Shown in pieces: positions 26,705 to 39,485 of a DNA stretch of 64,000 nucleotides. The notes under the pieces were generated by a model, which made no database searches, had not been told where the DNA came from, and saw only the letters and a program-made list of their open reading frames with translations. The translations under genes were made by a program, and so were the position numbers. This stretch comes from Hydrolagus affinis (Eukaryota). Location of the stretch: assembly GCA_012026655.1 (NCBI GenBank), contig JAAILG010000419.1, positions 1 through 64,000 on the forward strand. Reading direction: 5' to 3'. Every line of letters starts with the position of its first letter. Within the stretch, counting starts at the first letter, position 1.

Positions 26705-27072
26705 AATAATAATCCTTACATTTGATGTAGTGCCTTTCATGTCAGGAGAATATCTCAAAGCATTTCACAGTCAAGTAGAAGTGGTTGGACGAGTGGTGTG
26801 ACTATGTATGATAGGCAAATAGAGCAGCCAATTTGCACATGACAGTGTCCCACAAACAACCATGGAGTGAATGACCAATTTTACCAGGACAGGATAGTGG
26901 GAGAAACTCCCTTCTCCTTTCGAATGAGGCGCTCTGAGATGCCGTCCGGCATGGAGGGCGTTATTATGAATCCAAGTTGTTGTTCTTGTTGTTGAATAGG
27001 GTCATGGGATTTTTAATGTCCATCTAAACAGGCAGATGAGTCCTCGGTGTTTAATGTCTCATCCTATGAACG
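26705..27072 (-). mobile_element. Older full-Deu SINE with nested L2 tail (26926-26993)
   Basis: Deu segments gcagccaatttgcac...ggagaaactccc and catgggatttttaatgtccatc...tttaatgtctcatcc are split by an opposite-strand L2 tail. Confidence 0.75.
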
Positions 27073-27159
27073 TGTGAATGATGCCATTTTAGTAGCAAAA
27101 AAAATCCCCAAATAATCTTCTTGCGTTTAAATTTGTCTAACTTCTTTTTCAATTTCCAG

Positions 27160-27375
27160 TCTTTGCATGGCTCTCTCGTTCCCCAGAAGCCTCGGCTACC
27201 GCTCTTTTACACGCCTATTGATCTTGTGGACATCAGCATAGAGATGGCTGGATTAAAGTTCTTAAATCCTTTTGGCCTTGCCAGTGCACCTCCAACCACC
27301 AACGCAGCAATGATTCGAAGAGGGTTCGAGGCAGGTTGGGCCTTTGCGTTGACAAAAACATTTGTCCTGGACAAG
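27160..27375 (+). CDS. DPYD: DPYD exon 13 equivalent (216 nt): [26 protein letters not shown]...[11 protein letters not shown]
   Basis: Acceptor aatttccag|tct and donor aag|gtatgt. Start of the FMN/pyrimidine TIM barrel ([11 protein letters not shown]). Confidence 0.98.
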
Positions 27376-27430
27376 GTATGTGCATAAAATATAACACACA
27401 ATGTATGTGTTCCCTGCAACAACTATCATC

Positions 27431-27757
27431 ATAATAACATCAGTAATACTTACATTCGATATAATGCTTTTCACATCTTCTAGACGTGTCTCAAAGCGCT
27501 TCACGGAATATACTGTAAAGTGAATTGACTGTATCTTCGTGGGCGAAATGTGGCAGCCAATTGCACACAGCTGTGTCCTACAAACACTCGTGGATTGAAG
27601 TGACCAATTTATTATTGTTTTGTTTTCTTGAGAAATTATTATCAGGCGTGTGGAGTAAGGAAACTTTCCCAAGGTTTCGCCCTGCCTGGAGTTGAACCCA
27701 GTGAGGCGAGTACTCGCTTGTGAGGCGAGTGCTCTAACCACTGAGTTATAGGTCTCC
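27431..27757 (-). mobile_element. Full-length young SINE (short subfamily)
   Basis: Tail, Deu body and tRNA head (gagtgctctaaccactgagttataggtctcc). Starts about 55 nt after the exon 13 donor. Confidence 0.9.
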
Positions 27758-29714
27758 GTAAAGCTATGGCAACTAATTAGTGTAACATTTGAGAACATGT
27801 TATCAAATAGTCTTTATAATTTAACGTTTGATTCCTCCATCTGCTGCATTTTCTGTTTCGCGTTCCAATTGCTGCCTCTGCGTGAATAAGAGTTACGCCA
27901 CCAACAAATCCATTCAAAGGACTACGATGATTCACAAAGAGTGAGGAGAACAGACATTGTTTTCAATTATTTTTCTATTTAGTCTTCAACAGTGGCTTCA
28001 TTTATGTTGCAAGACATATGCAAAATCATTCCTCTGCCAGACTTTGGTTCCATTATTTAACATTTGCACGTATCACTGTGCGTTTCTTTGTATGTCAGCA
28101 TTGGAGAACAGGCCACTGTGGAGGGGAACCCATAACCAATTTACAATGTGCTGCCTTTGAATAATTTCTGACATGATGTGATCTTTTATGCCAGAATGCG
28201 TTCAGAGTGCAGAAGTGGTGCTGGCTTTCAGCGAGAAAGGATGAATTCTATTTAAATTTTGGCTTTGTTTCGGTGTCACATGGATAGGATGAGCAGATCA
28301 TTAAAAATGCAAAGTACAGCTTAATTTGGCCTTTTTGTATTATTGATTTACTTATTATTCATACAAAGTACATATCCACCTGAAACTCGAAACCACACAC
28401 AGCTCAGCTTAAACTTCCTTGCAAAGGGGCCTTGCAAGGAAGGTCTTTATGGATGTTACATGAAAGGCTAATCGAATGAACGTGGTGGGATGGATAAAAC
28501 AATCTTGCAAAGTAGAAGTTCACTTTAAAATGAAGTTTACAAAATCCTTGTCCTTTCATTTTCTTCAAATTATAAAAACGTATGCTAGCCTTCACAGAAT
28601 TGGGATACGGATCTCACGACTGATACTTTTGCTTCTGTGTTCTGTTTTAAATACGAAGTTAATTTTTATTTGAACCTCCACCCCCCCGCTCCCCAGGCTC
28701 GGAATCATGCTCCACCACGGTTAAGCACTCTGAGACTCTACGATGCGAGTTGTTGTTGCAATTCCGCCCTGCGATATTTGGAGTCTGAAATCATGTTAGA
28801 AAATAAATGATTGCATAATTTGATGCTGAGCTATTTAAAATCTTCTTTTGGGGGGGGGAATAATAAAAGTAAGTGGGAAGATTTTCAGATTAATTTTATG
28901 GCAGAGTAGGTCTGAATTGATGAATTTTGCCTTGTGGAACATTATCCGTATGCAAAGAATTTAGTTAGAGATTAAGGTAAAACACTTTAACTCTGGCCAG
29001 AAGCTAAGGAATTTGTGGATGTGCAACTGAGCACATACACAGAGCTCTGCCAACATTAGTTTCTAAAAGTTCTTAAAGAGCTGGTTGCACACCAAGCTTT
29101 CATAATATTTAAAATAGTGCGAAAACTTTTACAAGTCCATTTTGAGAGGATCGAGCCACAGAGAAGCAAATTGATATCTGGCAAAATCATTTCAAGTATT
29201 GGGATGTGCCTTAATTATTGATTAAGGTGAAACAAGCGATTATTAACATTGTATTATTGACATTGGTCAAGCCCCACTGGTACATTGTGGCTTTGAAAAC
29301 ACATTGGTGCCTTCTTTCAGTTGTAGTCTTGCTGGAGGGAAGAGAGTTAAGGGTGATTTTCATGCTCGGGGTTAAAGATACAAAGAGAGACTCAGAAAGT
29401 GCTGATGCTATGTTAATTCATTCATTTAAATAAAGAACGACTTAAGAATGGGTTGAAGGGTATAAGGGTAAACTCTTAATGTTAATATAATCAAATACTC
29501 CACAAAACATGCTTGTCATTCAAAATGACCAGTCAAAAATGAATAAATTGGTTGGAAAATTACACTGGTACAGTGGAGATCAATTTAGTTACCCTGAGGC
29601 CAGAGAGGAACATTGGGGAAATTTTTCTCTGGTGATTAGTAGCATTTTGCAGCACAGAAGCAAGCCATTGAATTCATCAAGTCTGTGCTTCGCATAAAAC
29701 ACTTTATATATAAT

Positions 29715-29810
29715 AATATTAATAATAATCTTTTCATTTGATATAGCGCTTTTCACATCTTCTAGACATCTCGAAGTGCTTCACAGTATATACTGTAAAG
29801 TGAATTGACG
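29715..29810 (-). mobile_element. SINE 3' tail fragment
   Basis: aataataatcttttcatttgatatagcgcttttcacatcttctagac. Confidence 0.82.
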
Positions 29811-30184
29811 GGTTAATTGCTAGCCTGCTAGCTCCCCACACCCTTTAATATTACTCTTTGCTCATAATTATGATCCTTGCGATGGGATTATTAAATCAAA
29901 ATGCCTCGTAGAGCTTAATAAGATTTACTACAGAATGTAGTGTCTGGGTATTTTTTGAAAGTGATCACAGCAGACAATTTAAACACAACAATGTCCCACA
30001 AACAACCATGAAATGAATGACCCATTTAATCTGTAGAATTGTTGGTCAGGATACCAAGAGAAACTCCATTCTCTTTTAGAACAGTGTCATGGGACATTTA
30101 ACATCCACTGGAACACTAGGGAGGAGTGCTACCAATTTAACCAGGCTGACACCCTTTTAAACAAATGGGGTAGAGCTACAGGGG

Positions 30185-30490
30185 GGAGTCTTGTTGCTCA
30201 GTGGTTCGAGCACTCGTCTTGCAAGTGTGAGACCTGTGTTCGAATTCAGGTCAGGGTGAAACACTGGGCAATTTTTTTTTACTCCACATGCCTGATAATA
30301 ATTCCAAAAAAAAGTAATAAAATTGATCATTTCAATCTACGACTGTTTGTGGGACACTGCTGTGCGATATTGGATGCCGCGTTTCGTCCCCAAATATACA
30401 GTCAATTCACTTTACAGTACATTCTGTGAAGTGCTTTGAGACGTCTAGAAGACGTGAAAAGCGCTATATCAAAATGCAAGGATTATTATA
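30185..30490 (+). mobile_element. Full-length young SINE (short subfamily)
   Basis: ggagtcttgttgctcagtggttcgagcac...gttcgaattc...aagcgctatatcaaaatgcaaggattatta. Confidence 0.9.
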
Positions 30491-31960
30491 ACAGAACAGG
30501 TTGTCATGAGATGTGGAAAGAAGTATTAAGTGGTCTTTTCTCTTCTGAAGCTTGCTTAAGTCCCTAGTAGTTATCAGTGGATAGTTCTTGCACTTAATTG
30601 AAAATATACGCACTGAAATTACATAAAATAGTGCATCTTCGGAACAGTTTTGGAGCAGTTTGGAAGTATAAAACCATAGCCTTTTTAGGAGATATAAAAT
30701 ATTCTGAATACTCACTTTGCAAGATAAGGACTGTGATCTTTCCCTCTGTATTATATTAACACCGGCAGATTGAGAGCTTTGCAACATCTGTGAACTATAG
30801 TAGTTTGGCATTTGAAATTCTGATCATTTTTATATGACAAAGGTTATTTCTTCATCTATATGCTATAATATGAATTAGCAACATTTCCCGAATACACTTT
30901 TGATGAAGTGTGATTTGCCTTGCTCGCATACGAAGACAAAATTAAATGCTTACCAAGGGACTTAAATGAGAATTAGATCTCAGACAACATCTGCTTGAAA
31001 TGTTATTATCCTATCCTGCAGACAACGTTACTCCCTCATCGTCCAACTAGATTGACAGCTGAATGCTGCAGTAATTTCTGTTCGAGTGAACTTTGCTTTA
31101 TTTTTTTTTGTTTGGAATTATAGTACATGTTCTTCAAGGTATTTTTTTTAAAAAAAAATCAATTCTTGACATTTGTTTAAGAGATACAGAATGGGTGGAG
31201 AGCCTAACACATTGCCACTGATTCCACATGAACATCTCGCATTGAAATGCCAGCTGGTATCTCAGTAAACAGAAATGTTATTATCCGTCTTTCATTCTTT
31301 TTTGCTGCAAGTAAAAGGTGTACGAGTTGTGAAAAGGCTTCTTGCGGCCGATACTAAACACACTGTCAAATAAGGCAAAGGGAAACAGAATTTCTTTGCA
31401 CCAGTAATTTGACCCTCAGCGAATTAATTGGTTAAGATCACGGAAATGATTGTGCAAAGATATTTTACCTTAAAAGCCTAGTTTCTAAAAAAAAACTCCA
31501 GACGCTAAGTGTTTCCACATATATGCATTAGAAGCATTAGCAGTAGATAGAAGTTTAGATAGCTGATTTTCATATATAGTTATGATTAATATCCACTTGT
31601 TTCTGGATGCTTTGAAGCTAATGGAGTTCATTGTGGCACAGATTGCATTAAACTGATGGAAATCATAATCTCAAGAACAGACATCCAAAATGTATCTTAT
31701 ATTAAGTTACATCTTAAGTGTATCGATAGACCCCACAGCATATAAAGGCAGACTTAATTCCAATATTTGGGAGAATTGGAAATCAGAGCAATGTATTCCC
31801 AATTATGCAAAAACTTAACCATCAAAAGCTTTCAATTTAACAGCCTGTACACCAAAACAATAATAAAAATATATAAAATTGGCATAGGTTTGTTTGATTT
31901 AACACTAGTAGATTTCTGAGTTACATGTAGATATGTTTGGTCTCTGTTAGAAGAGAATTT

Positions 31961-32184
31961 AATAATAATAATAATCCTTGTATTTGATATAGCGCATTTC
32001 ACATCTTCTAGACGTCTCAAAGTGTTTCACAGAATATACTGTAAAGTGAATTGACTGTATATTTGTGGACGAAACGTGGTGGCAATTGCCCACAACAGTG
32101 TTCTACAAACAGTCGTGGATTGAAAATGACCAATTTATCATTGGGATTTGTTGAGGGATTATTATTAAGTGTGTGGAGTAAGGA
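31961..32184 (-). mobile_element. Young SINE, 5'-truncated
   Basis: (AAT)n tail and Deu body. Confidence 0.88.
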
Positions 32185-34740
32185 ATATAAATGTTACATG
32201 AACAAAGGGTGTTTACATACACCTTTCTGTACATTCTACTGGTAATATTCTTGTCTTTTATCCAGTGTACGGTACACCATAACAGGTTATAATGGTCTGA
32301 CATGTCTCACGTTTAGCAGTTGCTGCTTGACTCCTGTGTTGCACTCCTTTTCTCTGTTCTCTGTGACATTGACTGATGCAAGGTTTCAGTAAAGTCATGA
32401 AGTCTGTGAGCAAGTCATCTTCAAAGTCATACAAGAAAAGCAAAAGAACGCCAGAATGAACAGTATTCCTTAAACTATACGGGCACAACATTAACCACAG
32501 TCCACGCATGTTCTGGACTGCAGGCATGACGATCTGCTGTTTTGTGTTGGAATGTGCGAGGCAGACATGGCTGTCACAGCAGTCAATAAGATCTGAGAGG
32601 TGCTGACTAATTGCCTGCTAATTACACAGTAAATTGTCTAATTAAGCTGATGGTTAATTAGGGTACGCGAGCACAGCAGCCATGTGGAAGTTTTGTCTGA
32701 TGCCTGGGAAGTGGCTTATGTAATTGGCACACGAGGAGAGACTGGCAGGAAACATGTCTCGAGTTAACACAGAGGCATTTTGTGACAAAACCAGGGCGCA
32801 GTTCAAACAAAGGAGTTGTCATGTGTGTTTGAGCTTATGTTAGATATCCAAACTAGTCCATGTTCGTGGGCAAATGGAGTTTCCTCAGAATTACACAGCT
32901 GCCTCGCTTGCTGCAGATTTTATTAACCAGCCATTTTAGCTAAAGTACGAATTGTGCTGGCAGTAACTGTATTTGAAGGAAACCAATATCTCGGTAATTA
33001 TAATTCTGATATATGTTTGTAGTTGCGTAACTATGCCTATTCATTTAGAATTTACAATGTTTAGTACACTTAAAAAAAGAGATCAGTTGCAGAACTAAAT
33101 TGATTTGTGTTTGTGGCTTTACACCAAAGAAATGTCTGAAAAGAAAGCAGAAATTCAATTTAGTTTGCTTATTGGTGCCATTTTAACTACATTTTTTAAT
33201 GTTTTGTTGTGGTAAAATATATTGATATTTTATAATTCCTTGCATAGCCTCGTAAATATTTAAATATCAAATAATATTCAACCTCAATCTAGCCTATATT
33301 TACTCTATTAACATTGAATTTTACAGCATCCTGAAGTTTACTAATCCCATAAAAATAGACTTAATTTTGAAGCCATTTTCTGGGAAGTACCTACAGAAAA
33401 CTGGACTTCAAAGTTAAGATTGAATTCAACCATCTGATGCTCTAAAATGCTACATAAATAGCTAAGTATAGTCCCAAGTGGAATTTCACCCCCTCAATAG
33501 CTGTATCAATGATAAACAAAACTAATGGAAACAGTATTGAAAGACACAATAATGAAAATAAATGTAACTTGGGGCTAGAATGCTTAAGAAGGTAGAATAC
33601 AAACTGGCTCCACTCTTGCCTTTGAACGCTTTCCGAGTATAAATAATTAAAACGAGTAACATTTGAGAACAAATTGCTGAGAACCCGTACACTTTGACAG
33701 TTTTGAGGTGAGGTTGTCAACTTCTGCGTTTGATGCAGTTTTCTTTCAAATAGAGAAAAGCTGAACCACAAGCTTATTATTTTTTTTAACAAAGATTGCA
33801 AAATATATCTTCTTGTCCCTTTGAAATTCCATACTTGTTCATACAGTACTTGACGGTGTATACATATTACAAGTTAAACCACCCTTTGTTCACTAAGTCC
33901 CATCACCAACCTGGCCTGTCAACTTCGACATGTTATTGTTGATTGTTGGGGAAGCAGTCAATGAGTAAAAAGTCTGAATCTTGAACTGAATGCAACACAG
34001 CATTCGATGGCAACCTCCCCGAGTGGAAGAAATTTTCTCTTGTAACTCTTCATTTACCGGCACTCCACATAAATAACCCAATAAACATTCAGAATTAGGG
34101 CCACAGAAATACAATTCTCGTAAATATAAAAGTGGCAATCGGATCTTCTAACTGATTGGCGTTGTTTATTTGCTATAATAAAAACTCTGTAATTTTGCTT
34201 GTGTCGTGTGACAGATCACCAGCTAATGAAAACTTAGTGACCTCTGCTGTATAACCCAATTAACATTTATAAGCAAAAGTAACCCAAGTAACATTTACAA
34301 GCATTGCCGCAGAAATAGAACCAGCACAAGAATCGGAAGATGATAATAATTAAGCTTCTGAGGTTGAGCTGCCAGTGGATGATAATGATGTGGTATTTTG
34401 GTACTAAACACACTGGCACCACTCGAACAAAGCCAGGGAAACGTGGAGCCAAAATAAATGCGGTCTCGTTTAAAGGGTGTTCAGCCTAAGTTGCTCGGGT
34501 ACTGTCACCAGCACTCATGCAAGTAACATATGACATCAGAATCAACACCTACATTTAAAGAAAGCCAAAGCCACGCTGGAACATTTGTGTTGGACTGAAT
34601 ATTCACAGGGAATTCAACAGGCGTATCAAACTGAGCAGAGGACAGTAACCATGGCACAGCAGGCCTTTAACATCTCTGACTTTCGTTTGGTGCTTAGTGA
34701 AGTGAAGTTGTAATCAAATTGGTCACAAAACAAGAATCAA

Positions 34741-34898
34741 AAATTGGTCACTTCAACCCACGACTGTCTGTGGGATGCTACTGCCTCGGTTCACCCACAA
34801 AATAGACAATCAATTCACTTTACAGTATATTCTGTGAGGCGCTGTGAGACATCTAGAAGACGTGAAAAGCGCTACATGAAATGAAAGGATTATTATTA
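34741..34898 (+). mobile_element. Young SINE, 3' half with internal deletion
   Basis: aaattggtcacttcaacccacgactg...aaggattattatta. Confidence 0.85.
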
Positions 34899-37800
34899 AT
34901 GTTATGATATATAAAGTAGTTTATGTGAAGCACAGACCTGATGATTTGAATGGCTTGTTATCATTAGTATTATTATTATTAAATGTTCCAGGACTCTACA
35001 CCTCGTGAAGGATGCTATATAAATGCTAGTTGTTGTTATTGTGTTGATTAAGAATTTTATTAATTAAGCATGCAAGGGATTGCTCTAACCTACTCACCAG
35101 TGTCCTTGCGTTTTGAAACACTTCATAAAATCTGAAATAGATTAGATACTGGGAGACAATAGACTCTCATTGAGTACCGGATATACAAAACTGGACTGCT
35201 CCCTCAATAAGGTTTTTTTTTGCCAGGTTTCTGACCTGCATTTGACCATAACTGTGATCTAAGGTTCCTTTACCATAGTGTGCAATGATTAAATATGTTA
35301 GCTCTATTCCCTTCAGCCAAATGCTTTCAAATAGATGAATGCATTGTTGTTTGCAGATTTATTATCAATATACAGTGTTTGTGTTCTCTTGTCTTCTTCC
35401 TTCTCTTAGTTCCTTTTCCTGCTGTTCCTTTTCTATTTCTCCCAGATAAATTAGCATTGCTCTTGATACTGAGAGAACATGAATATTGCTCTTAATACAG
35501 CTGTGGTTTTACATTGCAAATGGGTAGGAAAAAAAAGGTCCATATGTTATTTTGGTTCATTAAGCCATAATTAATTTGATGCACTGGGTGGGTTTATCAC
35601 TAGGGTTTGAGGTACGAAGGAAGTTTAGGAGTAAATCTGTGATGGCCTATACCATCTCTGGACTTGAAATTCCCAGTGGTAACAGAAGCTTAATACAGTA
35701 CTAGGGTCAACTCAAATCAAGCACACAAACTTATTGTGGGTTTCAAAATAGTTTCAATCCAATTAGCATCAAGGCTTCAAATTTACTTTTTATTCACAGT
35801 AACAGGCTCACCTCATCATGTTGCTATTTCAACACCTAAACATATGCCAAGGAGTCCTGTAGCTCAATGGTTAGGGCGGTTGGTGGGGGTGGGGGAACAA
35901 ATTACCCTCACTCCTTCAATGGCTCAATAAGTAAAAATTGTTTCAGTGTGTGTTTTACGAAAAAATCTGTAATTGAATTGAGACAATAGTGGAGATGCTG
36001 GGGAGGAGGAAAATCAGACAGGTTGGTTCATCAAGTATTTTCTTGGTTACATGGAAGGTTGGCTAATTTTAATTACTCCCAAATTACATTATATTTAATT
36101 GGCTGGAACATGTAAAATAATATTAAAATAACATCCACATGTAGCATCAGAAAATATAATCATGTCTGCAGAGCTAACCACATTTGACAGATTAGATATA
36201 CATGATAGATCATTTCTATAACGAACATCAAACCTAGGGAATATCACCAATAAATTCAATAAAGCTCATTTGATCAGCTCTAAAGTTGCTTGTTTAAAAT
36301 CGTGCAGTACTATCTACTCTAGCAGTATTGTATAAACATAGATGGTAGATGAGCACTGATCTCCTCCCTAAAGGTCCATTCAATGTTCTCCAATGGACAG
36401 TCCAAGACATTATTTTGAATGTTACCAAAGCACTTTAATATTAGTGTAGTTTTTCACAGGCTTTTGATGTACACAGTGTGGAAACCATCAATCCAATACA
36501 ACATCGACTATCTTCCCAGTGCAGTTTAGCCTTTTCCCAAATGAGTCAAATATCCTAGCTTGACCTACCCTTCCTGTTAACCCTTCAAGTTGTTCATTAC
36601 ACTCTATGTAATAATGAAATGATGGTGGAAGTCTGTCATAAACATAGTCCTGAACATTTGTCCCACTCCACATTCCCTGAATTGGTCGCAGCATAAGAAT
36701 CAAACAACAACAAAATTACATTTGTAGAGCGCCTTTCACGTCGGGAGGATGTCCCAAGGCACTGAAAACAGAGATTCCACATAGAAACTATCATTCCAAT
36801 TTTATTTTAAAGATTTTTTGTTAAGTGCCGTGCTTAATATTAACATATTTAAGGTATTTGTCACCAGGTATTCAATTATTCCAGATTTCAATAAGGTGTA
36901 AAATGTTGCTATCTTCAAATGCTTAGGGTCTGAGCCTAATGAAAGAGATAAATTATGTATCAGTAGCTGAGCAGTTTGCTAAGTTTGACTTTCTTCTCTA
37001 TTCTTGACTAGTGTGGTCCAAATAATCATTGCTTGATGTTTATTTTGTTGCAAATTTGTATCTTAACTGTTTAAAAGGAGTACGGTAGCTAGATTTATCC
37101 CTTCTCTCTCCTCTGAACCCAGAACTGCTCTGTGTTCCCCCGTATTATGATATTAAAATAATAAACATTTAATTGTGATGGAAAATGCACTGGATGTGGG
37201 TAATTTGCAATTTCAGTAATACTTTGTTCCAGATTCTAATGTTCTTTGAATTAGCTGAACATTTTTAATTGATTAACGCTTCTCTTGGAAATGAGGATAA
37301 TATATGTGTAAGTTTCCAGGAAATTCATTGTCACAGATGAGTAAGAGTAAGATTAAAAAGTCGGCAGCCAACAACTCTGTATTCAACATGAAGCATATCT
37401 TCAGGCTGAAGCTTTTCCCCTTGGTGTCATTAGCATTTTCATTTTGGAAAAAAAATAAGGGTCTGCAGTGTATGCAGTAAAAAAAAATTCAACCTGTGGT
37501 TTAAATTATTGATTTTTTTGAATATTGAAGTAGTATTTCAAATGAATTTTGTCAGCGAGACTTTGGGGAGGAGATTTCAAAAGTAATTGATATAAAGGAA
37601 TGCTTGTATATCTCCCAGATACCCCATTAAAGAACGCTGCCCTGAACCATTTGCTATCTGGGTAAGAGCTATTGAGGTATATCACACTTGAATGAATAGC
37701 ATTGTGAAGAGTTCAGTCAATGAAAATCTAAGTAGTGTTCATATTCATAATCTTCCACATTCTGTGAGCAAATTTCATTGCACTATCAGGCGAAATCAAA

Positions 37801-38239
37801 CCTCTTCCATGGTTGCTTAAAACCGACCGAATTGTAAATTAGCAAAACTGAGATTGATTATTTTGGAAACTCTGTTTAAAGGCAACTTGACGTAGAGTTG
37901 AAAATCATTTCAATTCATAGAACCACAAATGGTTCTGACGTCTGCATGGGCTCAGGGAACATTCTCCACGCTCAAATCACTGTTCGTAATTTATTCTTTT
38001 TTTTAGCAACATTGAACAGGGTGGATGAAATCAGGTTCGTGATTTAAAACCTGGGCACTTATTTCAATTTCCTGGAAACTTACACATATATTCTCAACGT
38101 TTCCAAGAGAGGTCCTTAATGAATTAAAAAAATTTATTTGCACCAAAGTACAGTAGTTTATCAGGATGCCTGGGGAAATATAACAAATCAAGACAAACTG
38201 AAGTAAATTGTGACATCTGCTTAGCTGATAAATGATTTC

Positions 38240-38715
38240 ACCAATTCTTTGCATACTGACCCAGACCAAATTCCATACCCACATCGCACCAGTTCTGGCC
38301 AGGCTCCACTGGCTCCCCATTCCCAACTGAATGGTTTGACTTCAAGATATTCACACTTGTATTCAAATCCCCTTGCACTCTGGCGCCTCCCTCCCTACTT
38401 CTCTGAACTCCTCACTCCCCAACCCACCAACCGGGGCCTCCGCTCGACCGACACTGACCTCCTACCCGTCCCTAGCACCGTCCGACCCCACTATTGGAGG
38501 CCTCGCTTTCAGCCTCTGTGCCAATGTAGAACGCTCTCCCTCAGTCTCTCCCTCAATCTCCCTCCTGCACTCTCCACTTATTCAAATCCCTTCAATCACG
38601 CTTGCGGCCACCTTAATGCCTCCCCCCCTAGTAGCTCAGCCAGGCTCTGCCACTGTTAAGCACTGTGAGACACTACCCTGCATGGAGGGCACTATATAAG
38701 TGCGAGCTGTTGTTC
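38240..38715 (+). mobile_element. L2 LINE 3' fragment (ORF2 C-terminus and tail)
   Basis: Frameshifted HIAPVLARLHWLPIP..FDFKIFTLVFKSL..PPYFSELL, typical of the L2 ORF2 end. Ends in an aagcactgtgagac...gcactatataagtg tail. Confidence 0.85.
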
Positions 38716-38860
38716 AACTAAAGGTGATGTCTTCTTTGATCTAACATTGAGCTACTTCCAATTCCGGCAAGAATACAGCAAGCCAATGTGGAAAAACAAG
38801 TTTAAAAGTTTGCTTATTTGACGAAAACCAATTGAAATAATCTCAAATTAAAAGTTACTT

Positions 38861-38937
38861 TGCCATACTGGTGTTCTCACAGGATTCATCCTTCACCTGG
38901 GTAGAACGATGAATCTTGTGAGAACATCAGTATGGCA
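38861..38937. repeat. Near-perfect palindrome with 30-bp arms
   Basis: tgccatactggtgttctcacaggattcatc (38861-38890) versus gatgaatcttgtgagaacatcagtatggca (38908-38937): 28/30 Watson-Crick pairs plus 2 G-T. Confidence 0.95.
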
Positions 38938-39007
38938 CAGTAATTTATGTTTGATACCACTTGTAAGGCAAACAAGTGGAGTAATCTTCATACACGTACT
39001 GTACCAA

Positions 39008-39274
39008 GGAGTCCTGTAGCGCAGTGGTTAAAGCACACACCTCACAAGTGAGAGACCTGGGTTCGATTCCAGCCAGGGCGAAACCTTTGGGCACGTTTCC
39101 TTACTCCACATGCCTGATAATAATCCCTCGAAAAAAAAATCCTTATGGGAAATTAGCTGCCGCGTTGCAGCCACAAACATACAGTCAATTCACCCTACAG
39201 TATATTCTGTGAAGTGCTTTGAGACGTTTAGAAGATGTGAAAAGTGCTACATCAACTGCAAGGATTATTTATTA
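39008..39274 (+). mobile_element. Young SINE with tRNA head
   Basis: ggagtcctgtagcgcagtggttaaagc...ggttcgattcc, followed by the family tail. Confidence 0.9.
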
Positions 39275-39389
39275 AGTTATTGTTTAGATTTGGCTGCCAA
39301 TGCAGGTATATATTGCAATATGTCTCTCGGTTTCCTGATTTCTTGGTCTCCTCCCTTCCATCACTTCAAGCCATTCGGGCCTTCCTAGA

Positions 39390-39485
39390 CATAAATTATA
39401 CAGCACAGAAGGAGGCCATTCGGCACATCTTGTCTGTGCCAGCTCTTTGAAAAGAGCTGTCCAAATCAATCCCATTCTCTCCTCG
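39390..39485 (-). mobile_element. CR1 LINE 3' UTR fragment
   Basis: cagcacagaaggaggccattcggc...ctctttgaaaagagctgtccaaatcaatccca. Homologous copies at 54790-54940 (-), 56355-56525 (+) and 63470-63607 (+). Confidence 0.78.

Noticed and set aside
27262-27798. Longest ORF (178 aa, - strand)
   Set aside because: Reads through a SINE and the antisense of exon 13; not protein-like.
30185-30260. tRNA-like sequences at SINE 5' ends
   Set aside because: A and B boxes are present, but the acceptor stem is incomplete and each continues into the SINE body; not tRNA genes.
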